Origin: Candidatus Saccharimonadota bacterium
Lineage (GTDB): Bacteria > Patescibacteriota > Patescibacteriia > 2-12-FULL-60-25
Assembly (NCBI GenBank): GCA_023898425.1
Contig: CP060222.1
Span: 540,001 to 572,000, forward strand
DNA length: 32,000 nt
Reading direction: 5' to 3'
Shown: piece by piece, positions 16,106-24,113 of the stretch
Layout of the letters: each line of letters opens with the position of its first letter
How positions within the stretch are numbered: position 1 is the first letter of the stretch
The notes under the pieces: model-generated
The model's database searches: none
Told to the model about the DNA's origin: nothing
Seen by the model: the letters and a program-made list of their open reading frames with translations, nothing else
Program-made: the position numbers and the translations under genes

Positions 16106-17479
16106 CTAGATCTGCATTGGCTGTGTCTTACGTTTTACAGCGGGTAAAACCAGACGTAATTTTTTTACATAATCAAGTGTTTCGGTTGGTACACGCGAAC
16201 GCGCTTTTACTTGGTGACGTTGCAAGACACCATCGATTTGGTCGTACCAGACATCGCGCTCAATGAGCGTTTTTACACGATTACTACCACCGTTATATGA
16301 ACCAGCAATCGCTTCGGCAAGACGAATAGACCCTGCCGCATAAATACTATCAGGCAAATCTGCTTCCATCGCATCCATAAGCGCAAAGGCGGCTTTGCTA
16401 ATATTTACATGATCACTCGTGCCTTGTTGTACATCTTGAATAAGCCCAAGCTCAGTGTGTTTTGCTAAACCCGTGTAGGTTGCTGGCATAAACTGCGCGA
16501 TGCCTTGTGCACCCATATGGGATGATTGATTGCTATACGCTGTTTTTGGATTGATAGCATAGTTCACAAGAAATCGCTCAACAGCTGCATCCGGATTTGC
16601 TTGGACAGCAGCTAAACTTGAGTGCTCAATAACATAAAGAGTAAAGAGCATATTTTTATCAGCAACGCTTGCGAGCTTCTGACCTGGTTGAGCTCTTGAA
16701 ATGACGTTACGCGCAGAGAGATCCGCGATAGCGGCATCTGCGACAGCATTGAGCATATCAGCACCTGCAGAAGCTACGTCAGGAGTTTGAAATTCTTTTT
16801 GATACGGTGTCTTGATCGCAATTTGCTCATCAACACCAATACGTTTACCAGCACTCAAAACCTCGGTCCAACGAGGATAACGAACCGCCATCATAATGTA
16901 ACGGTTACCTGGAAATGAGTAGGTATAGCTCGCCAAACCACTCACCTTAACGGTCATTACAGGAAAATTTGGCGATGTGTAGGTAACCGGCTTCCAAGAC
17001 TTGCCATCAAAAAGACCATCAACACGTACAACTTCGGTTGTTTGTGTATCATAAAGTACAAAAGATATTTCTCGCGGCTGTTGCATTTGCGTAAGATTTT
17101 TACGTGTAACCGCCGTTAAGCTCACGCCCTGCTCTAAGGTTGATTGTGCGTTTAATGCTACCTGCAATAATTTTGGTAGATTTGAAGGTAATGTCGGTGA
17201 CACTGACGTCCCCGGTGTTGGCAATGGACGCGTGTCTGTAAAAATAGGAGGAGGCACAAAAGGACCTGAGTATACTGCAGGTGCTGTAGGCGCAGTCTTT
17301 GGCGCTGATGTTACAGGCGACAATATAAGCGTTGGCGTAGGCAAAGGACGTGTGTCTGTAAAGATCGGTTTTGGAACGAAAAAATTCTGATCAATAACAG
17401 ATTCAGACGCCAATACTGGCCCCGCGGTAAACAATAAACCAAGACTTCCTAAAATGAGATAGAGCTTCACTTTGAGCAT
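16106..17479 (-). CDS. secreted lytic transglycosylase (SLT/GH23) domain protein with Pro-rich repeats
   Basis: Signal peptide MLKVKLYLILGSLGLLFTAGPVLA. Duplicated motif F[V]P[KP]PIFTDTRPLPTP. The C-terminal region has LYVIEHSS ... SSHMGAQGIAQFMPATYTGL ... SYNGG, typical of SLT-family catalytic domains. Confidence 0.75.
   Translation of the reverse strand: MLKVKLYLILGSLGLLFTAGPVLASESVIDQNFFVPKPIFTDTRPLPTPTLILSPVTSAPKTAPTAPAVYSGPFVPPPIFTDTRPLPTPGTSVSPTLPSNLPKLLQVALNAQSTLEQGVSLTAVTRKNLTQMQQPREISFVLYDTQTTEVVRVDGLFDGKSWKPVTYTSPNFPVMTVKVSGLASYTYSFPGNRYIMMAVRYPRWTEVLSAGKRIGVDEQIAIKTPYQKEFQTPDVASAGADMLNAVADAAIADLSARNVISRAQPGQKLASVADKNMLFTLYVIEHSSLAAVQANPDAAVERFLVNYAINPKTAYSNQSSHMGAQGIAQFMPATYTGLAKHTELGLIQDVQQGTSDHVNISKAAFALMDAMEADLPDSIYAAGSIRLAEAIAGSYNGGSNRVKTLIERDVWYDQIDGVLQRHQVKARSRVPTETLDYVKKLRLVLPAVKRKTQPMQI
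17214..17380. repeat. imperfect ~30-bp direct repeat, 120 bp apart, inside the SLT gene
   Basis: GGCAATGGACGCGTGTCTGTAAAAATAGG (about 17219-17247) versus GGCAAAGGACGTGTGTCTGTAAAGATCGG (about 17339-17367). Both encode PIFTDTRPLP. Confidence 0.6.
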
Positions 17480-17494
17480 TTACTCATATTAACA

Positions 17495-17533
17495 TAAAAA
17501 ACAAACGAATGCTTGTTGATAAGCATTCGTTTA
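17495..17533 (-). terminator. rho-independent terminator after the murA-ctp-Nudix operon
   Basis: AAACGAATGCTT (17503-17514) and AAGCATTCGTTT (17521-17532) form a 12-bp stem. The minus strand then reads GTTTTTTATG. Overlaps the Nudix stop codon. Confidence 0.75.
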
Positions 17534-18172
17534 AAATATAACCCTAGGACGACGTCTATTTTGTCCATCGGCATATCCTCGCGCAACGGGTTTTTGTGAC
17601 TGTTTACCTTCATGAAAGACAATACGCAAAGCCTTAGAGAGCAACCTATCAAGATTTCGATACCCGCTTGTAGCAAAGGCCTTATCAACTTTCACCCATT
17701 GAGCCTCCCAAATCGCACCCTCACCTGTTAATACCTCTTGTGCATCTGATGGTGCCTCAAATAAGAAGAAATAAACGGTTTTCTCGATGGTCGTCCCCTC
17801 TCTACGAAAACGAAAGAGCGTTCGGCCAACAGGGGCTATATAGCGCAAACCTTCTAAACCTGTTTCTTCTTTGATTTCTCGCACAGCTGTTTCTACTAAA
17901 GACTCCCCTAATTCTTGATGGCCTTTTGGAAAGGTCATGCGATTATATGGATCCTTGATAAAGAAGACTTCTACCGAGCCTGCTTTGCGACGAAAAATAA
18001 TCCCGCCGGCAGATAGCTCAGTGCGAAATTTCGTTCGAGGACCCGGTTTCCGTTGCGGCTGACTCTGCGCTGTTCGATGCGCTGGAGTCCGCGGCTGTGG
18101 CTGGCGAGCTGGTCGCGGTGCCATTGAGGATCCCGAGGGCTCTTTCGAGTTGTGGGTCTCTTTGCTGTTCAT
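17531..18172 (-). CDS. Nudix hydrolase with basic Pro/Gln-rich N-terminal extension
   Basis: Perfect Nudix box GHQELGESLVETAVREIKEETGL. Start uncertain: ATG 18172 or ATG 18124 (MAPRPARQ); no later ATG/GTG/TTG occurs before the fold begins. Confidence 0.8.
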   Translation of the reverse strand: MNSKETHNSKEPSGSSMAPRPARQPQPRTPAHRTAQSQPQRKPGPRTKFRTELSAGGIIFRRKAGSVEVFFIKDPYNRMTFPKGHQELGESLVETAVREIKEETGLEGLRYIAPVGRTLFRFRREGTTIEKTVYFFLFEAPSDAQEVLTGEGAIWEAQWVKVDKAFATSGYRNLDRLLSKALRIVFHEGKQSQKPVARGYADGQNRRRPRVIF

Positions 18173-19385
18173 AATCTTGCTCAGTACGATCTACGACCAC
18201 ATCGGGTTCGAGACCTGTTTTATTAATGGTTCTTCCAGATGGAGTGAGCCATTCAGCAATAGTGACCTTAAGCGCAGAACCATCAGAAAGATTCAGATAG
18301 TCTTGCACCGATCCTTTACCAAACGTTTTCATACCGACAACCGTTGCTGCTTTTTCATCTTGCAAGGCACCCGAAACGATTTCGGACGCGCTGGCAGAGC
18401 CTTGGTTAACCAAGACAACGGTCGGAATGCCTCGTAAGCGGGCATTGCCCGAGCTACGAAGCTGCTCAATTATTTGTCCTTGGCGACGCTCTTTCACGAT
18501 GATCGAATCTCCGAGCCATTCGCCCGCCATTGCTACGGCGGTATCAAGGAATCCACCTGGATTATTCCTGAGGTCTAGGATAATACCTTTTGGATCCTTC
18601 TTCAAGACCTCCGAAACAGCCTTATCAAAGCCTTCTTTTGTGTCTGTATTAAAATTCGTTACTTCGATGACCGCAATCTGCTCTTCTGGCCACTTCACTC
18701 GAACGCTCTTTACCTGGATCGTCTCACGTACAATTTCTACATTATAAGGGTCATTTTTTGTTGATGGACGGTAAATCTTCAAAACTACCTTAGTCCCCTT
18801 TTCTCCACGAATTTTGGTAACAGCTTCTTCTACGCTCATACCCGTTGCGTCTGTGCCATCGATATCCACAATGATATCCCCCGACTTAAGGCCAGCTCGT
18901 TCTGCTGGAGTCTCGGGTAATGGCGCGATTATCGTGACATGATTATCACGCAAACCGATCTCGGCACCAATCCCTGAGAACGTACCTGATAAAGCCTGTT
19001 GAAAATCATTTGCTTCTTTTGGATCAAAGTACATTGTATACGGATCTCCCATACTCCCTGCCAAACCCTCTAAAGCACCATAGAACATTTGCTTATCTGT
19101 CACCGTATCTTCGTAGTACTTTTCTTTTAACTTACTCCACACCTCCCAAAATTGTTTAAATTCAACATCCTTATCAATGCTATTAGGCGCTGATTGCCCG
19201 ATACCCAATACAGAACCACCAAATGCCGTAGAGGTTGAGTTTAAACCAGCAGAACTTGAAACGCTGGCTTTACCTGCAACGACACCTATAACAAGACCGC
19301 CAATAAAAATAGCGGTAAGCGTCATCCAAGGCTTGTGCTTACTTGGTGGCGTTGGAGGTAAAACTGGAGGATAGCTAGAGATCAT
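18018..19385 (-). CDS. S41 family carboxy-terminal processing protease (Ctp/Prc-like) with PDZ domain
   Basis: N-terminal TM helix, PDZ-like GIGAEIG...GLKSGDIIVDIDG, catalytic region LVNQGSASASEIVSGAL. Ser/Ala/Thr-rich tail. Start overlaps the murA stop (ATGA at 19382-19385). Confidence 0.9.
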   Translation of the reverse strand: MISSYPPVLPPTPPSKHKPWMTLTAIFIGGLVIGVVAGKASVSSSAGLNSTSTAFGGSVLGIGQSAPNSIDKDVEFKQFWEVWSKLKEKYYEDTVTDKQMFYGALEGLAGSMGDPYTMYFDPKEANDFQQALSGTFSGIGAEIGLRDNHVTIIAPLPETPAERAGLKSGDIIVDIDGTDATGMSVEEAVTKIRGEKGTKVVLKIYRPSTKNDPYNVEIVRETIQVKSVRVKWPEEQIAVIEVTNFNTDTKEGFDKAVSEVLKKDPKGIILDLRNNPGGFLDTAVAMAGEWLGDSIIVKERRQGQIIEQLRSSGNARLRGIPTVVLVNQGSASASEIVSGALQDEKAATVVGMKTFGKGSVQDYLNLSDGSALKVTIAEWLTPSGRTINKTGLEPDVVVDRTEQDYEQQRDPQLERALGILNGTATSSPATAADSSASNSAESAATETGSSNEISH

Positions 19386-20674
19386 AGAGTGTTTGATGTT
19401 TCGTCGTGAATAACTTCAATGTCTGCACCAAGGCTACGTAAACGCTCATCAAGTTTTTCATACCCACGATAAACGAGCTCGGCATTATGAATAATGGTTT
19501 CGCCATCAGCGAGCATACCTGCCAGTACCATGGTTGCACCGGCGCGCAAATCTAATGAACGAATTTCCGTACCCTTAAGTGGTGTTGGACCTGTAATGAT
19601 AACGCGATGCGGATCAGCGACAATTGCATTTGCTCCCATCTTAATAAGCTCACTCACATATCCCATACGTGATTCAAAAAGCGGATCTTGTACCATGGTT
19701 GTTCCTTGGCACTGCGTTGCTAATAAACCAAAGATGGCTTGCAAGTCAGTAGGAAAGCCAGGATAGATAAGTGCTTGGATTTTTGGCACGGCTTCCATGC
19801 GACCAACGCCCTGAACACGAAATTTGTTCTTGCCGATAAGTTCGTGCTTTACCCCAATTCTGGTGAGTAGCGAGCGGATGGCATCAAGCTGTTCAGGCAC
19901 AACCGGAGACATCGTGATATCACCCTTCGTTAATGCAGCCGCCACAGCAAATGTACCGACCTCTAACATATCCGGAACAACACTCCATGCTTTGCGAGGT
20001 GCTTTAAGTGAGCCAACGCCTTTAACCTCTAATTCGTGCGAGCCAATGCCTTTGATCTTCGCACCACATGCAACCAAAAAACGACAAAGATCTTGCACAT
20101 GGGGTTCAGCCGCAGCTAAACGAATGAAAGTCGTGCCTTTTGCTAAACATGCCGCCATAATTAAGTTTTCTGTAGCCGTCACGCTAAACTCTGGCAAAAT
20201 GATATAGGCGCCTTTTAGGCCTTTTGTCTTCATGACATATTGATCGCCATGCTTATCTGGCTCGATTGTCGCATCAAGAGCTGTAAGCGCAAACAAATGT
20301 GTGTCGATAGGTCTATTGCCAATCGTACAACCGCCTGGCTCTGATACAGCAACCGACTTAAAGCGCGCCAACATTGGACCGAGAAGCAAAATAGAAAAGC
20401 GCATGCGCTTCATCGCCGCTTTATCAAGCTTGGCTGGGTTGATGGTTTTCGTGTCGATCGTGAGCTCATTCTCCCCTGTCCACTCAACCTTACCACCCAT
20501 ACCAGCGATAATATCAAGAAGTTGTTGAAGGTCACTCAAGCGAGGGACATCGGTAAAACGCACCGGTCCTTTCACAAGGAGTGATGCTGCAACTAATGGT
20601 CCGATTGCGTTCTTTGCGCCTGAAATAGACACGTTTCCGCTTAGACGACGGCCGCCTTTTATTGCAAATTTCAT
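19382..20674 (-). CDS. murA: UDP-N-acetylglucosamine 1-carboxyvinyltransferase
   Basis: 430 aa. MKFAIKGGRRLSGNVSISGAKNA N-terminus and active-site loop GGCTIGNRPIDTH. Confidence 0.95.
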   Translation of the reverse strand: MKFAIKGGRRLSGNVSISGAKNAIGPLVAASLLVKGPVRFTDVPRLSDLQQLLDIIAGMGGKVEWTGENELTIDTKTINPAKLDKAAMKRMRFSILLLGPMLARFKSVAVSEPGGCTIGNRPIDTHLFALTALDATIEPDKHGDQYVMKTKGLKGAYIILPEFSVTATENLIMAACLAKGTTFIRLAAAEPHVQDLCRFLVACGAKIKGIGSHELEVKGVGSLKAPRKAWSVVPDMLEVGTFAVAAALTKGDITMSPVVPEQLDAIRSLLTRIGVKHELIGKNKFRVQGVGRMEAVPKIQALIYPGFPTDLQAIFGLLATQCQGTTMVQDPLFESRMGYVSELIKMGANAIVADPHRVIITGPTPLKGTEIRSLDLRAGATMVLAGMLADGETIIHNAELVYRGYEKLDERLRSLGADIEVIHDETSNTL

Positions 20675-20710
20675 ATTGGATCGAAAAAAGTGTATCCTTT
20701 ACCCATCATC

Positions 20711-22003
20711 ATGTCGAGATCTCGCCGTCAGCCGCCATTTCATCGGCGCATTATCCCTTGGGTTTTTGTGATTGTTTTTATTGTTCTCGCGCCCACGCTA
20801 CTCTTTTATACCGCAGGGTATCGCCTAAACCCAAATAAACGTGTCATTGAGCGCAATGGCACCCTTATCTTAGATACTACCCCTGGAGGTGCACGCATCT
20901 TTTTAAATGATCAGGAGCGTGCAGAAAAAACAGCTTCTACCATCCAAAACATGAATCCCGGCACTTATCAGGTGCGCTTTGAAAGAGCAGGCTACCATTC
21001 ATGGAATAAACGTTTAGAGGTAAAAGCCGAGCAAGTGACGTTTGCAAATAAAGTCTACCTTTGGAAACAAGCCGAACCAAAACTTCTCTTAGAATCAACG
21101 ACCGAACTTCTTTCGCGCAGTAACAAGAAGCAACGTTTTGTTGTTGCCGAAAGCACAACCACTTCTCAAGAATTACTTGTTTTTGATAATGATAACTTGT
21201 CTCGACGTATTCAGCTTACCTCTAAAACACCGGTCCATTCAGTGGATTGGAATGAAGCTGATGATGCCGTTGTTGCCAATATTGAATCCTCCGACGATAG
21301 CTACTGGGTAGATATTCGCTCTACAACAAATCAAAACAAACTCCCTCCTGGCGAATACCATTGGCACAATGATCTACTTACGGGTTTAAATAGCGAACGT
21401 CGCTATACCTATGATCCGCGTAGTAAACAGCTCTCGAGTATCGTGACTACAGACGGCAATGACGAACTTGCTCCTGTGACACTAACGCAAAGCACCAGCA
21501 CCAACCTACAACTCCTCACCTGGAATAACGACACGAACCGCGCTTTCTCGCTTCCTCGTGGCAATTGGCTTATTCATAGCATAGAGGAAGATTTTGTCTT
21601 ACTAGAGGATGGGCAGCGCTTGCTAGCCGTAAAAAATAAAAGCTCTGTCGCACAAGAAAGCTACGGCAAAATACAGTCTTGGCTATTAAACACCGATATT
21701 CCAACGGCTCTCGTACTCAATCAAAATGAGCTCTGGCTTTGGCAAATCGACCAAAATCCTGAACTTCTTGTGCGTAATAGTGATGCTATTATTAGCGCTG
21801 ATTGGCATCCAAAAGCAGGTACAATTTTTTACGCAACCAAGACGCAAGTTTTTGCACTTGAACTTGATAATCGCGATGGCAGACAACGGACAGAGCTCGC
21901 CTCTTTTGAGTCTATTACGGATCTCGCGACGGTAAATGATCATCTCATTATTCTTGGAACAAAAGACGGTAAGACAGGCGTGTGGAGTTTGGATCTTGAA
22001 TAA
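20711..22003 (+). CDS. PEGA domain-containing membrane-anchored protein
   Basis: N-terminal TM (IIPWVFVIVFIVLAPTLLFY), then PEGA pattern LDTTPGGARIFLNDQERAEKTASTIQNMNPGTYQVRFERAGYHSW. ATG 20711 preferred over the GTG at 20690. Confidence 0.75.
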   Translation: MSRSRRQPPFHRRIIPWVFVIVFIVLAPTLLFYTAGYRLNPNKRVIERNGTLILDTTPGGARIFLNDQERAEKTASTIQNMNPGTYQVRFERAGYHSWNKRLEVKAEQVTFANKVYLWKQAEPKLLLESTTELLSRSNKKQRFVVAESTTTSQELLVFDNDNLSRRIQLTSKTPVHSVDWNEADDAVVANIESSDDSYWVDIRSTTNQNKLPPGEYHWHNDLLTGLNSERRYTYDPRSKQLSSIVTTDGNDELAPVTLTQSTSTNLQLLTWNNDTNRAFSLPRGNWLIHSIEEDFVLLEDGQRLLAVKNKSSVAQESYGKIQSWLLNTDIPTALVLNQNELWLWQIDQNPELLVRNSDAIISADWHPKAGTIFYATKTQVFALELDNRDGRQRTELASFESITDLATVNDHLIILGTKDGKTGVWSLDLE

Positions 22004-22007
22004 GCAT

Positions 22008-22049
22008 CAAACAAAAAAGCCGTAGATTCGCATATAGCTTGTCTACGGC
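22008..22049 (-). terminator. rho-independent terminator after gene 22066..22598
   Basis: GCCGTAGA (22019-22026) and TCTACGGC (22042-22049). The minus strand then reads TTTTTTGTTTGATG. Confidence 0.65.
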
Positions 22050-22065
22050 TCTGATAGCATTGCTT

Positions 22066-22598
22066 TTACAGCCGCCCATAATCCGTCTGTCTCATTTCTC
22101 TTCGTAGAGCATCTTTCATGAAACAAATGATTGAGCCAGGAATAGCAGGGTTTCTTATAAGCTCACCATCGTCTCCAACAACTCCCACAGAAGAATCTGC
22201 TAGATGAGCATTATAGCGTAACTGTAACTTAGCAGAAAGAGAAAGGCGCAAAAACACCACATCCTTGAAGTTATCGATACTGATGACGGTCAACACCGAT
22301 CCCTTCATAATAACGACACTCCTTGCAGATAAATGCTTTGCGCTTACCTCATCCCTCGTACTCTTCTCATCAGTAGAGGTATTTCCATAGGTTATAAGCG
22401 TGACAAATTCATCGCCAATAAGTATGGGCCTATCGGGAGAATCGTTGTACGTAGAAGCACAAGTCCCTTCAGCGAAGGATACTTGATCCGGCATAAAGCC
22501 AATCGGCTTTTCGCGATAATTTCTATCCCCTTGTAAACAGGGCTTTGATTTACGCCAAAAAATACAATTCTGCTCAAGGACGCAACGAAGTTCGCCAA
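22066..22598 (-). pseudogene. hypothetical protein, paralog-family member; one frameshift near the 5' end as assembled
   Basis: Body is ORF 22066..22632. The SD (AGAGAGGTGATC) plus TTG at 22596-22598 opens the other frame (MANFVASLSRIVFFGVNQS), which aligns residue-for-residue with the N-terminus of gene 22730..23257. One added base between 22434 and 22542 (candidate runs C4 22527-22530, T4 22508-22511) joins the two frames. Confidence 0.5.
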
Positions 22599-22633
22599 GA
22601 TCACCTCTCTTGTAGAAGTACAAGACCCACACT

Positions 22634-22662
22634 TATCTAGCGTAAAATTACACCATTGTCAA
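22634..22662 (-). promoter_or_regulatory. putative promoter for gene 22066..22598
   Basis: Minus strand has TTGACA (22657-22662), a 17-nt spacer, then TAGATA (22634-22639). It lies ~28 nt upstream of the SD/TTG start, which argues against the GTG 22632 start. Confidence 0.4.
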
Positions 22663-22671
22663 TGTATTTAG

Positions 22672-22719
22672 CACAAACAAAAACGCCGTAGACGAACGTT
22701 TTTTCGTTATGTCTACGGC
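22672..22719 (-). terminator. rho-independent terminator after gene 22730..23257
   Basis: GCCGTAGAC (22685-22693) and GTCTACGGC (22711-22719). The minus strand then reads GTTTTTGTTTGTG. Confidence 0.7.
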
Positions 22720-22729
22720 AGCAGCGGAA

Positions 22730-23257
22730 CTAAGCACCTACAAGGCCTTCTGTATCATAGCGCTCCCTTTTTTCCATGTGAGAAAGCATTACAAGATTTA
22801 CAATAAATTCTTGACGGTCTGGCGCAAAATCATGATCGTCACTAGCATATCTTTTCTCACTCTCATCTGAAGAGGTCAAGGGAATATATCGATCTTGGTA
22901 TCTGTGGTGACACCTGTCAGTGATTCTGTGCACCACACGATAAGTGTCCGCCGAGAGAACCTTTATAATCTTTAGCATTGAACCTTTGAGCAGCCAGTAG
23001 CTGACCATCTCATGCTCCTCGCAAGGACAATCACTCTTCTTGCACGACATGAGTCGATCTTGATCGAGAAGAAAAACATCTGAGACTCTGTATGCGTCTT
23101 TGCTCAGCGTAGCCACCACACTCGCATTTAGTACGGGCCGCTGGTTATCCCATCCCTCCGGGGGATCCCGATACGGGGATTTCTTGTGAGACCCTAATAC
23201 CGACTCGTTCTCACGAAAAAAGAATGCGCTACGCAAAAATTCTATGAGCCGCTTCAT
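22730..23257 (-). CDS. hypothetical protein, 175 aa; paralog-family member
   Basis: ORF with strong SD (AAAGAGGTAGTC-ATG) and an in-frame stop upstream. Shares an N-terminal block, RPVLNASVVATL and LLKGSMLKIIKV blocks with the neighbouring gene. No known domain recognised. Confidence 0.6.
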   Translation of the reverse strand: MKRLIEFLRSAFFFRENESVLGSHKKSPYRDPPEGWDNQRPVLNASVVATLSKDAYRVSDVFLLDQDRLMSCKKSDCPCEEHEMVSYWLLKGSMLKIIKVLSADTYRVVHRITDRCHHRYQDRYIPLTSSDESEKRYASDDHDFAPDRQEFIVNLVMLSHMEKRERYDTEGLVGA

Positions 23258-23376
23258 GACTACCTCTTTGTCGAAAAGTACAAAATCCCGTCTTTTTTAG
23301 ACTATAATACCCTTAACGTCAATGCGTTTTATATAAACAAAGAAAGGGGCCGGGGGATGATTTTTTCCTCGTGACT

Positions 23377-23787
23377 CTACAGCGACGCCCTTATACTCTC
23401 TGCCACCTCTTTTGCCTCTCCCTCTTCATACGGTTTGCCTGGCCAATGTTTGAATCCGTCATTCTCAAAACGTGGAATAATGTGAAAATGGGTGTGAAAA
23501 ATCACTTGTCCCGCTGCTTCATTATTGTTTTGGATGATATTGAATCCTTGAGCTCCAGTTGCTTGCATGACACCGGCGGCGATTTTTTTCACGGCGATAA
23601 TCAAAGCGCTAAGCGTCTCGTTATCAATATCAACGAGATTCTCTGAGTGCTTCTTCGGAACAACTAACACATGACCTTTATTTGTAGGATGAATATCTAA
23701 AAAGGCATAGACGTGATCGTCTTCATACACTTTTTCGCATGGGATTTTACCAGCGATAATATCAAGAAAGAGTTGGGTGTTTTTCAT
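23377..23787 (-). CDS. HIT family (histidine triad) nucleotide hydrolase/transferase
   Basis: FLDIIAGKIPCEKVYEDDHVYAFLDIHPTNKGHVLVVPKKH and histidine triad HTHFHIIPR. ATG at 23785-23787 (MKNTQLF). Confidence 0.85.
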   Translation of the reverse strand: MKNTQLFLDIIAGKIPCEKVYEDDHVYAFLDIHPTNKGHVLVVPKKHSENLVDIDNETLSALIIAVKKIAAGVMQATGAQGFNIIQNNNEAAGQVIFHTHFHIIPRFENDGFKHWPGKPYEEGEAKEVAESIRASL

Positions 23788-24112
23788 AAGCGTAATAAAG
23801 AATGAATACAAAGGTTATGGCAATTGCTCCAAGAACACCAAATGCATGCCAACCAGCGCCAAGAAGAATACTAGCAAAAAGCATGATACCCATAAGCGCT
23901 AAAAACATCGCCACGAGAAAGCCTGCTAATGCGCCCTGGCCGCGTGCAAAGAAGCAAAGCGTCAAAACCCCCATGATCAAGACGGGCAACGGTATATAGG
24001 GCAATACAGAGCCTGGGAGAAGCCACTCGATTGCGACAAGCAATGCACAAACGACAATACCCCCCTCAGCGAGGGCACGTAGAAAAAACTTTGCATATTG
24101 TATGATGAGCAT
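23762..24112 (-). CDS. small integral membrane protein (about 116 aa, 3-4 TM helices)
   Basis: Hydrophobic ORF. ATG 24110-24112 (MLIIQYAKFF) lies 1 nt after the stop of the upstream gene. Its 3' end overlaps the HIT start by 26 nt. Confidence 0.55.
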   Translation of the reverse strand: MLIIQYAKFFLRALAEGGIVVCALLVAIEWLLPGSVLPYIPLPVLIMGVLTLCFFARGQGALAGFLVAMFLALMGIMLFASILLGAGWHAFGVLGAIAITFVFILYYAYEKHPTLS

Positions 24113-24113
24113 A

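Noticed and set aside
22599-22632. GTG 22632 as the start of the 188-aa ORF 22066..22632.
   Set aside because: It sits 2 nt from the putative -10 element and has no SD. The alternative frame, opened by SD + TTG at 22598, aligns with the paralog N-terminus. A frameshifted gene model therefore fits better.
22008-22719. Integron-like gene cassettes, with the post-gene hairpins acting as attC sites.
   Set aside because: The hairpins are short, perfect stems followed by T-runs, so they are classic intrinsic terminators. They lack the RYYYAAC/GTTRRRY ends of attC. The genes have their own SDs and at least one promoter. No intI-type integrase is present in the window.
23303-23308. Perfect TATAAT hexamer on the plus strand in the HIT/paralog intergenic region.
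   Set aside because: There is no acceptable -35 at 16-18 nt (ACAAAA) and no plus-strand gene downstream. It probably reflects AT-rich intergenic sequence.
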